From positions 3,390,001 to 3,422,000 of the forward strand of contig OY969938.1 in NCBI GenBank assembly GCA_963704755.1: a DNA stretch of 32,000 nt, read 5' to 3'. A model generated the notes under the pieces. The model was not told the DNA's origin. It was given only the letters and a program-made list of their open reading frames with translations, and did no database searches. Below, piece by piece: positions 16,932-26,070 of this stretch (its first letter is position 1; each line of letters begins with the position of its first letter). Origin of the DNA: an uncultured Chloroflexia bacterium (GTDB lineage: Bacteria > Chloroflexota > Anaerolineae > Anaerolineales > Anaerolineaceae). A program made the translations under genes and the position numbers.

Positions 16932-17759
16932 TCAGGGCTGGCTCGGGCAGCCGCCGAGCAGGCAGAATGGATCGATGGTCTGAAAGACCCCACTGACCCG
17001 CCACAGGCAGTACGTGCCCATCTCGTCCAGGCTGGCGGAGGGATCGTAATGGGCCATCGACGCGAAATTGGCTCCGGCCGGACCAACGCGGACTTCCAGG
17101 TGCAGGTGCGGGTCGAGGGCGTTGCCGGTCTGGCCTACCTGGCCAAGGCTCTGGCCGCAGGAGGCGTTATCGCCGCCGGTCAGGGAGGGGGTAGCGAGCA
17201 TGTGGCCGTACAAAACATACAGCGAGCGCGCTCCGCTGGCCGCGCTGGGAACGCTGTAGGCCGGGCAGGTCAGCGCGCCGCTGGGGAGCAGTTCGCTGAG
17301 CGGGGCCGGCAGGCCCAACGCGGATACCCAGGCTGGCGAGAGTCCGTCGAGTGGGGTTTCGACGATGACGGCGTTGCCATACGGGAAGCGATCCTGGATA
17401 ACGCCGGCGACCCGGCCGGACAGTATCGCCTGGACGGTCATGCCGCTCAGGGCGATGCGGTCGCTGGGGTTGAAGTCGGCCAGGTCCACGCCCTGGTGCG
17501 GGTCGTCGCTGCCCAGGGCCGGCGGGTGGTAGGGGTTGGCGACCTGGGTGGCGAGCTGGTCGATGCCGTAGCCGGCCAGGGCTGAACAGACCTGAGGCGC
17601 CGGCAGGCTGGTAGCGCTGGGCTCGGGTGTGGGGGTGGCGGCCGGCGCGGCCGTGGGGGTGCTGGTGGGGGTAGGGCTGGCAGGCTGGGCCGGCGCGGCA
17701 GTGCAGGCCGCCAAACTGGCCAGCAGGATCCATGCCGTGAGTATTTTGATGCGGCCCAT
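16932..17759 (-). CDS. M23-family metallopeptidase lipoprotein
   Basis: MGRIKILTAWILLASLAAC carries a lipobox. A P/T/A linker follows, then the M23 motifs HQGVDLA and PHLHLEVR. The ORF-track start at 17939 runs through a tandem repeat and is rejected. Confidence 0.85.
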   Translation of the reverse strand: MGRIKILTAWILLASLAACTAAPAQPASPTPTSTPTAAPAATPTPEPSATSLPAPQVCSALAGYGIDQLATQVANPYHPPALGSDDPHQGVDLADFNPSDRIALSGMTVQAILSGRVAGVIQDRFPYGNAVIVETPLDGLSPAWVSALGLPAPLSELLPSGALTCPAYSVPSAASGARSLYVLYGHMLATPSLTGGDNASCGQSLGQVGQTGNALDPHLHLEVRVGPAGANFASMAHYDPSASLDEMGTYCLWRVSGVFQTIDPFCLLGGCPSQP

Positions 17760-17804
17760 GGCATGGATTGTAACCCATCCCGTGGGGCGGAGGAAGAAGA
17801 TATT

Positions 17805-18040
17805 AACCACGGAGGCACGGAGGACACGGAGAAGAAAAAGATTTAAGTAGAGAAAGAAAAAACCACGGAGGCACGGAGGGCACGGAGAAGAAAAAGATTT
17901 AAGTAGAGAAAGAAAAAACCACGGAGACACGGAGGGCACGGAGAAGAAAAAGATTTAAGTAGAGAAAGAAAAAACCACGGAGGTACGGAGAAAAGAAAAA
18001 GTGACGGACGAAGAAAAACCACAGAGGACGGAGCATTCAC
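17805..18040. repeat. 56-bp tandem repeat: three near-identical units plus a degenerate tail
   Basis: Units start at 17805, 17861 and 17917: aaccacggaggcacggag(g/a)(g/a)cacggagaagaaaaagatttaagtagagaaagaaaa. A decayed fourth unit runs from 17973. Confidence 0.9.
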
Positions 18041-18343
18041 GGAGAGGATTTGTGGACAGTACGCCGGCGTTGGGTGCGTTTGAGGGCTGGTAGCCAGGGC
18101 GTTGGCAAATCATCGTCACGTTTTGCCGGCGCAGGCGTGCCTGGAACGCACCATTGCTGCGCTGGGATAATATTCCCGATGGGCGTTGAAGAACGACCGG
18201 TACCAACGGAGCGCATGAAGCCAATGGGCAGACCGGCCGGTGCTTTTTGCCTCCTCTTATCCTCGTTGCCTCGTTGCCTTCTTCACTACTCTCTACTCTC
18301 TAATCTCTCTTCTTTCCTCTTCCCCCGATAGGTTATAATTTTT

Positions 18344-19021
18344 ATGAGCAACAATAATTTTTCGAGGGATATGCATATGGCCGATATGGTATGGAACCAG
18401 ATCTTCAAGCGGGATGGGCGCGTCTTCGAGAAACCGCAAGAGGAGGTGGTCCGTTTTGCCGGGCGGCTGAAGGCAGCCGGGGCTAAGACCGTTTTCGACC
18501 TGGGCTGCGGGACCGGGCGGCACGTGGTTTACCTGGCCGGCCAGGGGTTCAGCGTCTTTGGCATGGATAACTCCGAGCAAGGCCTGGCCATGACCCGCGA
18601 GTGGCTGCGATCCGAACACTTGCAGGCGGACCTGCGCCTGGGCGATATGCACGCCCCCTTGCCTTACCCGAACGATTTTTTCGACGGGGCCATTTCGATC
18701 CAGGTAATCCATCACGGGCTGCTGGCCGAGGTGCAGGCCTCGATCGATGAGCTGAAGCGGGTAATTCGCCCGGGCGGGTTGGCGCTGGTCAGCGTGCCGG
18801 TCAACCGCCGGCCGGGCCGGAAAGACCAGGTCCTCGAGCCGGGCACTTTTTTGCCGCTGGAAGGATTGGAAACTGGCCTGCCCCACCACATCTTTTCGGA
18901 TGAAGAACTGGTTGAAGCCTTCCGGCCTTTCGATGTGCTGGATCTGCAACTGGATGAACCCGGCCGCCACAATTGCCTGACCGTGCGTAAACCGCCGGCC
19001 CAGGGAATCCGGCCAGAATAA
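18344..19021 (+). CDS. Class I SAM-dependent methyltransferase
   Basis: Motif I VFDLGCGTGRH, followed by LRPGGLALV-like post-motif regions. The start is uncertain; ATG 18377 has a GAGGG Shine-Dalgarno 8 nt upstream. Confidence 0.8.
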   Translation: MSNNNFSRDMHMADMVWNQIFKRDGRVFEKPQEEVVRFAGRLKAAGAKTVFDLGCGTGRHVVYLAGQGFSVFGMDNSEQGLAMTREWLRSEHLQADLRLGDMHAPLPYPNDFFDGAISIQVIHHGLLAEVQASIDELKRVIRPGGLALVSVPVNRRPGRKDQVLEPGTFLPLEGLETGLPHHIFSDEELVEAFRPFDVLDLQLDEPGRHNCLTVRKPPAQGIRPE

Positions 19022-19079
19022 ATTGAGCCGAACTGGCGGCTCGTGAATCCGTTTTGTTGATTTGTTGGAGGGAATGCCC

Positions 19080-19457
19080 ATGCCCGAAGAAATTTATCAG
19101 GACCAATCCACCAACCAGGCGATTTATGCCGTCGTACGCCAGATCCCGGAGGGGAAAGTCGCCAGTTACGGGCAGATTGCCCGCATTGTTGGCGGGGGAA
19201 TCGGGGCCCGCCAGGTTGGCTATGCCCTGGCGGGGCTGCGCTCTGGCTCGAACGACGTGCCCTGGCAGCGGGTGATCAATTCCAAAGGGATGGTCAGCCT
19301 GCCGGGGGTCGGCGGGGCGATGCAAAAACAGCTTTTACTGGAAGAGGGGATCGTTTTCAACGACAAAGACCGGGTGGATTTGAACCGCTTCGGCTGGCAG
19401 GGACCCGGCTTTGTGCAGGATGACGACCTGCCGCTCTTTAAATCCGTCGAAGATTAA
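19080..19457 (+). CDS. MGMT-family DNA-binding protein lacking the acceptor cysteine (alkyltransferase-like, ATL)
   Basis: IYAVVRQIPEGKVASYGQIA...VPWQRVINSKG. The PCHRV active-site motif reads PWQRV. GGAGGG Shine-Dalgarno lies 7 nt before ATG 19080. Confidence 0.75.
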   Translation: MPEEIYQDQSTNQAIYAVVRQIPEGKVASYGQIARIVGGGIGARQVGYALAGLRSGSNDVPWQRVINSKGMVSLPGVGGAMQKQLLLEEGIVFNDKDRVDLNRFGWQGPGFVQDDDLPLFKSVED

Positions 19458-19482
19458 ATCCCAAACCTTCTCGCTCTAAAAC

Positions 19483-20448
19483 TTGATTGGGCGATTTTCG
19501 CCGCTGGCCTTACACCAGAGGGCGGCCTTAGCTCAGAAAATGATGTTCATGCCAAGCCTCAAAGAGCTCGTATTGCCATATTACTTGAAGGCCAATCGCG
19601 CTTCACGCGGGGTATTGGAGATTTTGCGGGTATGCCTCAAACACTTCAACCGGGCACGCGGCACCGAGGCGGCCGCCAGCCTGTCGTATTATGCTTTGTT
19701 TTCGCTCTTCCCCCTGGTGCTGGTAATGATCTCGGTAGTCGGCTTTCTCATCCGCAGCCAGGACGCCTACCAGACCGTTTTTAGGTTCATCTACGAGGTG
19801 ATCCCGGTCTCGCAATCGCTCATCGAGCGTAACTTGAATATCATCCTCGCCCGGCGGGCTACCCTGGGGCTGATCGGGTTGGTAGGCGCCCTCTGGTCGG
19901 CATCGGGCTTTTTCACCACCCTGGTAAGGAACATCAACCGGGCCTGGCAGGGCATCAAGCCTCGCGACCTGATCCGTACGCGCCTGATGGCCCTGGCGAT
20001 GATCGGGGTTACCATCCTGCTGTTGGCGCTTTCTTTGGCGCCGGCGGCTATTTCGGATTTGGTCCGCTGGATCAATGAGCACCTGCCGGTGAACATTCGC
20101 CTGGAAGACACGGCGGTCTGGCCCTTGCTGACCGTATTGATGCCGGCCGGGTTTACTTATTTGCTCTTCATTGCGCTGTACCGCTGGATCCCCAATACCA
20201 ACGTCCACTGGAAGGCCTGCCTGTGGGGTGCCTTGTGGTCCTCGCTGGCCTGGGAATTAACCAAATACGGGTTTGGCATTTACATTTCCAATCGCATGGC
20301 CGATTATGAGCTGGTCTATGGCTCCCTGGCAACCGTGCTGGGCTTGATGCTGTACATCTTTTTGTGCAGCAATATTATCTTGCTGGGCGCTCACCTGACC
20401 GCGACGATCGACCAGCGTCTCGACTACCAGGAACAGAGCGCTCATTGA
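19483..20448 (+). CDS. YihY/BrkB-family (ribonuclease BN-like) inner membrane protein
   Basis: Signature AAASLSYYALFSLFPLVLV plus about 6 TM segments. The start is uncertain; ATG 19540 is possible. Confidence 0.75.
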   Translation: MIGRFSPLALHQRAALAQKMMFMPSLKELVLPYYLKANRASRGVLEILRVCLKHFNRARGTEAAASLSYYALFSLFPLVLVMISVVGFLIRSQDAYQTVFRFIYEVIPVSQSLIERNLNIILARRATLGLIGLVGALWSASGFFTTLVRNINRAWQGIKPRDLIRTRLMALAMIGVTILLLALSLAPAAISDLVRWINEHLPVNIRLEDTAVWPLLTVLMPAGFTYLLFIALYRWIPNTNVHWKACLWGALWSSLAWELTKYGFGIYISNRMADYELVYGSLATVLGLMLYIFLCSNIILLGAHLTATIDQRLDYQEQSAH

Positions 20449-20596
20449 ACGCAAGATAAAACTTAACTAACGTGAGTTCGGGATAAAAGAAAAAACACAC
20501 TCAAAACCTCTTATCCCGAACTGACGCTAACTACTCACGCTCCTGGGAAAATGCCCCCGAATTTGAGGTGTTGGCCAGTTGGGCTGGGTAAAAATT

Positions 20597-20633
20597 AAAA
20601 AACAACGGCCACCTTTAAGGTGGCCGTTGTTTT
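20597..20633. terminator. Bidirectional Rho-independent terminator between the YihY-family gene and sod
   Basis: aacaacggccacc-tttaa-ggtggccgttgtt, flanked by an A run and a T run. Confidence 0.85.
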
Positions 20634-20709
20634 ACCGATAATTATTTTGCCTTCAACCAATAAGCACTACCAATAAGAATCACCCGTAAGGAAAGGAGCG
20701 ACCGCCGGA

Positions 20710-21330
20710 TTAGTTAGCGGTCTGGAAGCGGTTTTCGACGAAATCCCAGTTGACCACGGACCAGAAGGCTTTGATGTAATCTGGCCGGCGGTTTTGGTAA
20801 TTCAGGTAATAGGCGTGTTCCCAAACGTCAAGTCCCAGCAGCGGAACGTAGCCCTCTGAATAGGGGCTGTCCTGGTTGGCGGTGGAGTACACCGAGAGTT
20901 TGCCGGCGCTGTCTTTGACCAGCCAGGCCCAACCGGAGCCGAAGCGGGTAGCCGCGGCCGAGCTAAATTTCTCGACGAAGCCGTCATAGGAACCAAATGT
21001 GTCGGTGATGGCCTTGGCAACACCACCCATGGGCGTCTTGCTTCCACCGGGCGTGAGCCATTCCCAGAACAGCGTGTGGTTGGAAACACCGCCGCCGTTA
21101 TTACGGACTGCGGTGCGAATTGATTCGGGTACGGCGTTGAGATTACGTAATATGTCTTCAACGGATTTTTCGAACAGAGCAGGCGCGCCGCTTTCAAGGG
21201 CTTTGTTGAGGTTGTTGACGTAGCCGGCATGATGTTTGTCGTGATGAATTTCCATGGTGCGGGCGTCAATGTAGGGTTCCAGTGCATTGAAAGCAAATTT
21301 GAGCGCGGGTAATTCGAATTGTTTAGCCAT
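20710..21330 (-). CDS. sod: Fe/Mn-family superoxide dismutase
   Basis: [28 protein letters not shown] ... [19 protein letters not shown]. These are canonical Fe/Mn SOD motifs. Confidence 0.95.
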   Translation of the reverse strand: MAKQFELPALKFAFNALEPYIDARTMEIHHDKHHAGYVNNLNKALESGAPALFEKSVEDILRNLNAVPESIRTAVRNNGGGVSNHTLFWEWLTPGGSKTPMGGVAKAITDTFGSYDGFVEKFSSAAATRFGSGWAWLVKDSAGKLSVYSTANQDSPYSEGYVPLLGLDVWEHAYYLNYQNRRPDYIKAFWSVVNWDFVENRFQTAN

Positions 21331-21399
21331 TGTTTTCCTCTCTTGTCACTTTTTGTTGATCCTGGACTGGCCAGAAGTATTAATTAGATTATTAAGATA

Positions 21400-21428
21400 A
21401 TAATACTACGCAAAGAATCGCGAGTCAA
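21400..21428 (-). promoter_or_regulatory. Candidate sigma-70 promoter of sod
   Basis: The minus strand reads TTGACT (21428-21423), a 17-nt spacer, then TATTAT (21405-21400), followed by an AT-rich TAAT-repeat tract. Confidence 0.45.
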
Positions 21429-21567
21429 TTCAAACGGGACGGATTCATTTGCGTACCATCCGGGCGGATGATAGCCTCATCATCCGCTGTAATAGACGGC
21501 CTCACCCCTTTGGAATGTGGCGGCCTGACTCAGCCGGGCAATTGCAGGACGACGGATTTGTCTGCCC

Positions 21568-21621
21568 AAAAAAATTCTTCGGATATTATCGCGGGGTTTT
21601 ATCCCGCGATAATATCCGAAG
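21568..21621 (-). terminator. Rho-independent terminator of the PAS-GAF-HD-GYP gene
   Basis: A 19-bp perfect stem cttcggatattatcgcggg/cccgcgataatatccgaag. On the minus strand it is followed by aattttttt. Confidence 0.85.
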
Positions 21622-21679
21622 TGTTCTCCTTTACGTATCGCCTTGGGAGGGCAGAGCTAACAAAATAACACTGCCCGAC

Positions 21680-24103
21680 TCAGGCTTCTGGGCAGAGGAA
21701 AGGCGGTTCGCGGTTGGGGAGTGAAAGAAAGGCGTTGACAATTTCGGGGTCGAATTGTTTGCCGGCCAGGTTGTGCAGGTGCTCGTCCGCCAGGCGGACC
21801 GGGTCTCGAGCGGTATCGCCGCAAGCCAGGTCGGCCTGGATCCGCACCCATGCCTGGGTGACCGCGTATAATCGTGCCGGCAGTGGGATCAAATCACCGC
21901 TTAACCCCCGCGGATGACCACTGCCATCCCAGTATTCCTGGCTGTTGACAGGCACTTCCAGAGCCGGTTTGAGGTAATCGATACCGGCCAATAAATCGAG
22001 GACGTGCTTACGTTTGGACCAGAGGACTTCCCAATCGTGGGAGGACATGCGCGCCAGTTGGGCCCGGCTGGGATTGGGCACGCAGATCAAGGCCAGGCTG
22101 TTGAGGTAGATTCCCCGGCTCAAATGCGAAAGGCCCTTATTGTCCATCCCCAGGCTCATGGCTAAATCCTGGCTGAGATAGACTATCGCGCGGGTGTAAC
22201 CCTCCGGCTCGCCCAAAAAGAGGTCGATGGCCCGGGCGAAGCCGTCCAGGGTGGCATCGAAAGCCACATTGACGTCGATAATCTGTTTTTGCAGGCGCGA
22301 AAAGAGCAGCGCGTTTTCCACAGCAATGGCCGCCTGGTCCACCACCGCCTGGAGAAACTCGAACCATTCTTCGTTGGGATGGTAAGCCCGGCGGGTGAAG
22401 GCTTCCAGCACACCGTAAATTTTACCTTTGGATTTCAACGGAACGGCGGTGTAGAAAATTAATTTCTCGCTTTTCAGGCTGGGATTTTCCCAGAAGGAAT
22501 CCGGGTTGACACTGAGGTTATCGACGACGACCATATCGCGCTGGTAAAAGGCCCTGGCGGCGTAGCCATCCGGCAGGTGCGGGTTGTACATCTTGGGCAG
22601 GCGCGATTCGAAGCCCTCCTGGGCCAGGTAATCACAGCGGTCCATGTCGGGGTTATAGACCATCACCGCGGCTGCATCCAGGTTCAACTGGCTGATCACC
22701 TGGTCGAGCAGGACGCGCAGCACGAAAGGCAGGTTGACGCTTCCGGTGATGGCCTGGTCGATTTTTCGTAACGCCGCCAGTTGTTCCAATTGTTTACGGA
22801 TCAGAGCCAGTGACTTTTTCTGGTCGCTCACATCGCGGATGTAGGCGATCAGGGCCGGCTCGGGAGTGTCGCCCAGCAGGCGGGCGGAGATATTTGCGTC
22901 GAAAGTCGATCCGTCTTTACGCTGGAGCACCACCTCGACGTTATGGATTTCGCCGCTGGCGTAAAGGTCGTCCATGATGTGCTGGCGTTCCTGCGGGTTG
23001 GCCCACAGGTTCGTTTCCAGGGAGGTTTTACCGATCACTTCCTCGGGTTTGTAGCCGGTGAGCTGGCAAAAGCCGGGGTTGACTTGCAGGTACAGGCCGT
23101 CCTTCAGGCGCGAGAGGGTAGCCGAATCCGGCAGGATCTGGAAGGTGCGCGAAAACAAATCTTCGGAAGAGGCCAGGGCCTTGCGGGTTTCGACCCAGCG
23201 AGTGAGGTCTTCCACCATCGCAATGCCGCCGATGATCTGGTTGTCTTCGCGGTAAGGGATGGCTCGTAAAAGAATTTCACCCGCAAACGAGGTGGAGCGC
23301 GCATCAAAAAAGCCCTGGAACTGGCGTTCTTCTCCCAGGATGGAAGCCCGGAGGACTTCGGTTATTCTGGGGTTGTTGAGTTCCTTCAGGTTGGCGCCCA
23401 ACAGGGATTCTTGCTGCAGACAGAGGATTTCGGCCATCCGCTGGTTTGCGTCCACTATGGTCAAATTGGTGTCATAGCGGGCCAGCCCAACCGGTGAAAT
23501 TTGGAACCACATGCGCGAGCGATCTTCCATCCGGATCAAGGATTGGCGCGCCTGATAAAGCGGGGTCAGGTCTTTGAGGATGATCACCAGAACGGGCAGC
23601 GCCTTCCATTGCGATGGAACCGACTGGATTTGGATCCAATGGTGATCGCCGATGGCATTGAGCAGGCGCGCCTCGATGATATCTGTGCTGTTCGATTCGA
23701 GCGTGTTTTCCTGGAAGAAATGGTTTATTTTAGGCCGGTCGGGCTCGATGAAGAGCTCCGCAATGGGTCTATCGACGAAAGATTGGGAGGGATAGCCGGT
23801 CCACTGGACTACCTTGGGGTTGACCTGGATAATTTTTCCGGCGCGCAGAATGACCACGCCATCCTGCAGGCGTTCGACCAGATGGCGGTAATCCTGCTCG
23901 CCGTCGCGCTCGCTGGCCGCCCGCCGGCGGGCCTGTTCCAGCCGGGTGAAGACGTAAATGACGAGCGCCAGCAAAATAGCCAGGATAGAGAGCAGAATAT
24001 ACGGGAAGTAAGCGGGATCAAGGAGAGGCATAGAAGCGGTTGGGATGCTGGCAACTCGAACAATTCTTTTGGCCGGTTGGTCCTGGACGTAAATCCGTCG
24101 CAA
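21680..24103 (-). CDS. Membrane-anchored multi-PAS, GAF signalling protein with a degenerate HD-GYP C-terminal domain
   Basis: N-terminal TM helix FPYILLSILAILLALVIYVF. Several PAS/PAC-like blocks, then a GAF block. The C-terminus ends EYWDGSGHPRGLSGDLIPLPARLYAV...FDPEIVNAF, which is HD-GYP architecture. The start is uncertain: TTG 24103 or ATG 24031. Confidence 0.8.
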   Translation of the reverse strand: MRRIYVQDQPAKRIVRVASIPTASMPLLDPAYFPYILLSILAILLALVIYVFTRLEQARRRAASERDGEQDYRHLVERLQDGVVILRAGKIIQVNPKVVQWTGYPSQSFVDRPIAELFIEPDRPKINHFFQENTLESNSTDIIEARLLNAIGDHHWIQIQSVPSQWKALPVLVIILKDLTPLYQARQSLIRMEDRSRMWFQISPVGLARYDTNLTIVDANQRMAEILCLQQESLLGANLKELNNPRITEVLRASILGEERQFQGFFDARSTSFAGEILLRAIPYREDNQIIGGIAMVEDLTRWVETRKALASSEDLFSRTFQILPDSATLSRLKDGLYLQVNPGFCQLTGYKPEEVIGKTSLETNLWANPQERQHIMDDLYASGEIHNVEVVLQRKDGSTFDANISARLLGDTPEPALIAYIRDVSDQKKSLALIRKQLEQLAALRKIDQAITGSVNLPFVLRVLLDQVISQLNLDAAAVMVYNPDMDRCDYLAQEGFESRLPKMYNPHLPDGYAARAFYQRDMVVVDNLSVNPDSFWENPSLKSEKLIFYTAVPLKSKGKIYGVLEAFTRRAYHPNEEWFEFLQAVVDQAAIAVENALLFSRLQKQIIDVNVAFDATLDGFARAIDLFLGEPEGYTRAIVYLSQDLAMSLGMDNKGLSHLSRGIYLNSLALICVPNPSRAQLARMSSHDWEVLWSKRKHVLDLLAGIDYLKPALEVPVNSQEYWDGSGHPRGLSGDLIPLPARLYAVTQAWVRIQADLACGDTARDPVRLADEHLHNLAGKQFDPEIVNAFLSLPNREPPFLCPEA

Positions 24104-24311
24104 CGGCCTGGCAGAAAGTTGCCAATCTCAGCATATGGCATTAAGCGGAATTGATCGGTTCCCGGTAAAGGTGCGGTGTCGAAGGATAAAAAAAGCTGGT
24201 TTGAAGCCTTTGCGGGCGTTTGAATACCGATAAACACCTTGAATTAGGGATTTTTTTAAACGTATGCTACTGGATTAAACCATTATAGTGAGAATCAAAA
24301 CGTAAAAACAT

Positions 24312-24329
24312 AAAATTTGGCCAAATTTT
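24312..24329. promoter_or_regulatory. Perfect 18-bp palindrome in the AT-rich upstream region of the PAS-GAF-HD-GYP gene
   Basis: aaaatttgg|ccaaatttt. Related TTGG-N-AAATT half-sites follow at about 24331-24385. Confidence 0.4.
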
Positions 24330-24406
24330 CTTGGAAATTTTAATGAGTTTGGATCATTAAAGCCAAATTACCGGCTGTGGAAGCGTAATTTTTGCGAGGG
24401 ATTGCT

Positions 24407-25987
24407 TCAGGCCGTACGCTCGGCCGGGTTTTCCGGTTGGATATCCACCAGTGCACGGATCTCGTTATAGAGCGGTTTGAGCTGCTTGTACATCTTGGTG
24501 TACACCCGTTCGTATAGCTGGGTATACAACTGGTGGACCTTGGGGTTGGGTTCGAAGGTGTCCCCCGGGCGGGTCATGGCGTGCACGGCGCTGGGAAAGT
24601 CGGGGTGGAAGCCCAGCCCAACGGCGGCGTCGATGGCGGCGCCCAGGCCGGAAGCCTCGTACAGGTGGGGACGCGAGGCCGGCATACCGAATATATCGGC
24701 GGTGATTTGCATACTGTTCGGACTCTGGCTGCCGCCGCCGGCGACACGGATTTCCGTAATGGGGATACCGGTCCGGGCGGCGATCCGGTCGCGGCCCTCC
24801 AACAAAGCAAAGCCCAACCCTTCCAGGATAGCGCGGTATAAATGACCGCGGGTGTGTACATCCCCAAAGCCAATCACCGCCCCGCGGGCTTCCGGACCGG
24901 GCACCTTGAGGCCTGGCGACCAATAGGGCTGCAGCACCAGACCATTCGAGCCGGGCGGCACGTTTTCCAGCAGCTTGTCGAGCAATTCTTCCGGCTCGAC
25001 GTTGAGAATCTTGGCCTGCTCTTGCTCGTTCAGTCCGAACTCTTCCTTGAACCAGCTAACCATCCAGAAACCGCGGTAGATCTGGATTTCCAGGGTGTAG
25101 GCATGCGGAACGGCCGATGGGTAGGGCGGGATCAGCGGAATCGGCTCGACGTATTTCTTGTGGGTAATGTTGATGGTGGCGGTGGTGCCGTAGCTCAGGC
25201 AAGCCACGTTGGGATCCACACAGCCGGCGCCGATGACTTCGCAAGCCTTATCGGCGGCAGCGGCGATCAACGGCAGGCCGGCCGGGATGCCGGTGGCCTC
25301 GGATGCCTCGGGTGTAATTTCTCCCAGGACCGAGGCGGCCGGCGACAGGTCGGGCAGCAGGCCGGGATCCATGGGTACGGCCTGCCACTTCCAATCGGAT
25401 TTACTGGCCCAGTCCTGCTTTTTGTAATCGAAGGGGATGTAGCCCACCTGGCAACTGGTCGAATTGATGTATTTGCCGACCAGCCTGTGGGTCAGATAGC
25501 CTGAAAGCATCAGGTATTTATACGTTTTAGCCCAGATATCGGGTTGGTAGGTGCGGATCCAGTTGGCTTCCGCTTCGGCTTGCAGGTAAGCCACAGTCTC
25601 GCTCATGCCGGTGAGCGAAAAGGCCAGGCCCCAGAAGCCGCCGACCGGTTTTTGACCTTCGGTGCGGCGCTGGTCCAGCCAGACCATGGCCGGGCGCAAG
25701 GGGTTGCCGTCCCGGTCCAGGTTAATCACCGTGCTGCGTTGGGTGGTCAGCGCGACGCCGGCCAACCGCTCGCGGCTCTGGGGGCAAACCTGCCAGAGCC
25801 TTTGACAGGCCTGGCAAAGGCCGTCCCAGAAGACCTGGGGGTCTTGCTCGGCCAGGCCGGGCGCGGTGGAATAATACGGTTGGATAGGGATGCGGGTCTT
25901 GCCGATCAGGTTACCGGCGCCATCGAACAGTAGCGCTCGAATGCTTTGTGTGCCGTTATCAATCGCCAGGATCAAATCTTTGAGCAT
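24407..25987 (-). CDS. FGGY-family carbohydrate kinase
   Basis: N-terminal [18 protein letters not shown] is the FGGY phosphate-1 motif. C-terminal RVAGGGSQS. About 526 aa. Confidence 0.85.
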   Translation of the reverse strand: MLKDLILAIDNGTQSIRALLFDGAGNLIGKTRIPIQPYYSTAPGLAEQDPQVFWDGLCQACQRLWQVCPQSRERLAGVALTTQRSTVINLDRDGNPLRPAMVWLDQRRTEGQKPVGGFWGLAFSLTGMSETVAYLQAEAEANWIRTYQPDIWAKTYKYLMLSGYLTHRLVGKYINSTSCQVGYIPFDYKKQDWASKSDWKWQAVPMDPGLLPDLSPAASVLGEITPEASEATGIPAGLPLIAAAADKACEVIGAGCVDPNVACLSYGTTATINITHKKYVEPIPLIPPYPSAVPHAYTLEIQIYRGFWMVSWFKEEFGLNEQEQAKILNVEPEELLDKLLENVPPGSNGLVLQPYWSPGLKVPGPEARGAVIGFGDVHTRGHLYRAILEGLGFALLEGRDRIAARTGIPITEIRVAGGGSQSPNSMQITADIFGMPASRPHLYEASGLGAAIDAAVGLGFHPDFPSAVHAMTRPGDTFEPNPKVHQLYTQLYERVYTKMYKQLKPLYNEIRALVDIQPENPAERTA

Positions 25988-26070
25988 CCATGCCTCCCCG
26001 ATGATTTTAATCTACCCTCTCTTGTTATACCACAGCTGTAAGCGAATGGCTGTTAGCGGCTGGCGGTTAA

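Noticed and set aside
16046-17585. Plus-strand ORFs 16046-16651 and 16809-17585
   Set aside because: They are antisense to the HAD hydrolase and M23 peptidase genes, both supported by catalytic motifs. Their composition is low-complexity and rich in Gly, Ala, Gln and Arg.
17760-17939. N-terminal 60-aa extension of the M23 peptidase ORF (MPSVSPWFFLSLLKSF...)
   Set aside because: The extension is simply the translation of the 56-bp tandem repeat. A proper lipoprotein signal peptide begins at the internal Met at 17759.
18334-18346. TATAAT 4 nt upstream of ATG 18344 as evidence for a leaderless methyltransferase mRNA
   Set aside because: The spacing is too short for the TSS to coincide with the ATG. 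A more ordinary model fits equally well: TSS near 18346, GAGGG Shine-Dalgarno at 18364-18368, ATG at 18377.
18293-19325. Minus-strand ORFs 18293-19081 and 18801-19325
   Set aside because: They are antisense to the methyltransferase (GCGTGRH motif) and ATL genes and contain no motifs.
19603-20208. 201-aa minus-strand ORF
   Set aside because: It is antisense to the YihY-family membrane protein. Its highly charged Arg/Gln/Asp-rich sequence is the mirror of hydrophobic codons.
24465-25933. Multiple plus- and minus-frame ORFs overlapping the FGGY kinase (for example 24842-25504 and 25544-25933)
   Set aside because: They are shadow ORFs. The 526-aa minus-strand frame carries the FGGY motifs end to end.
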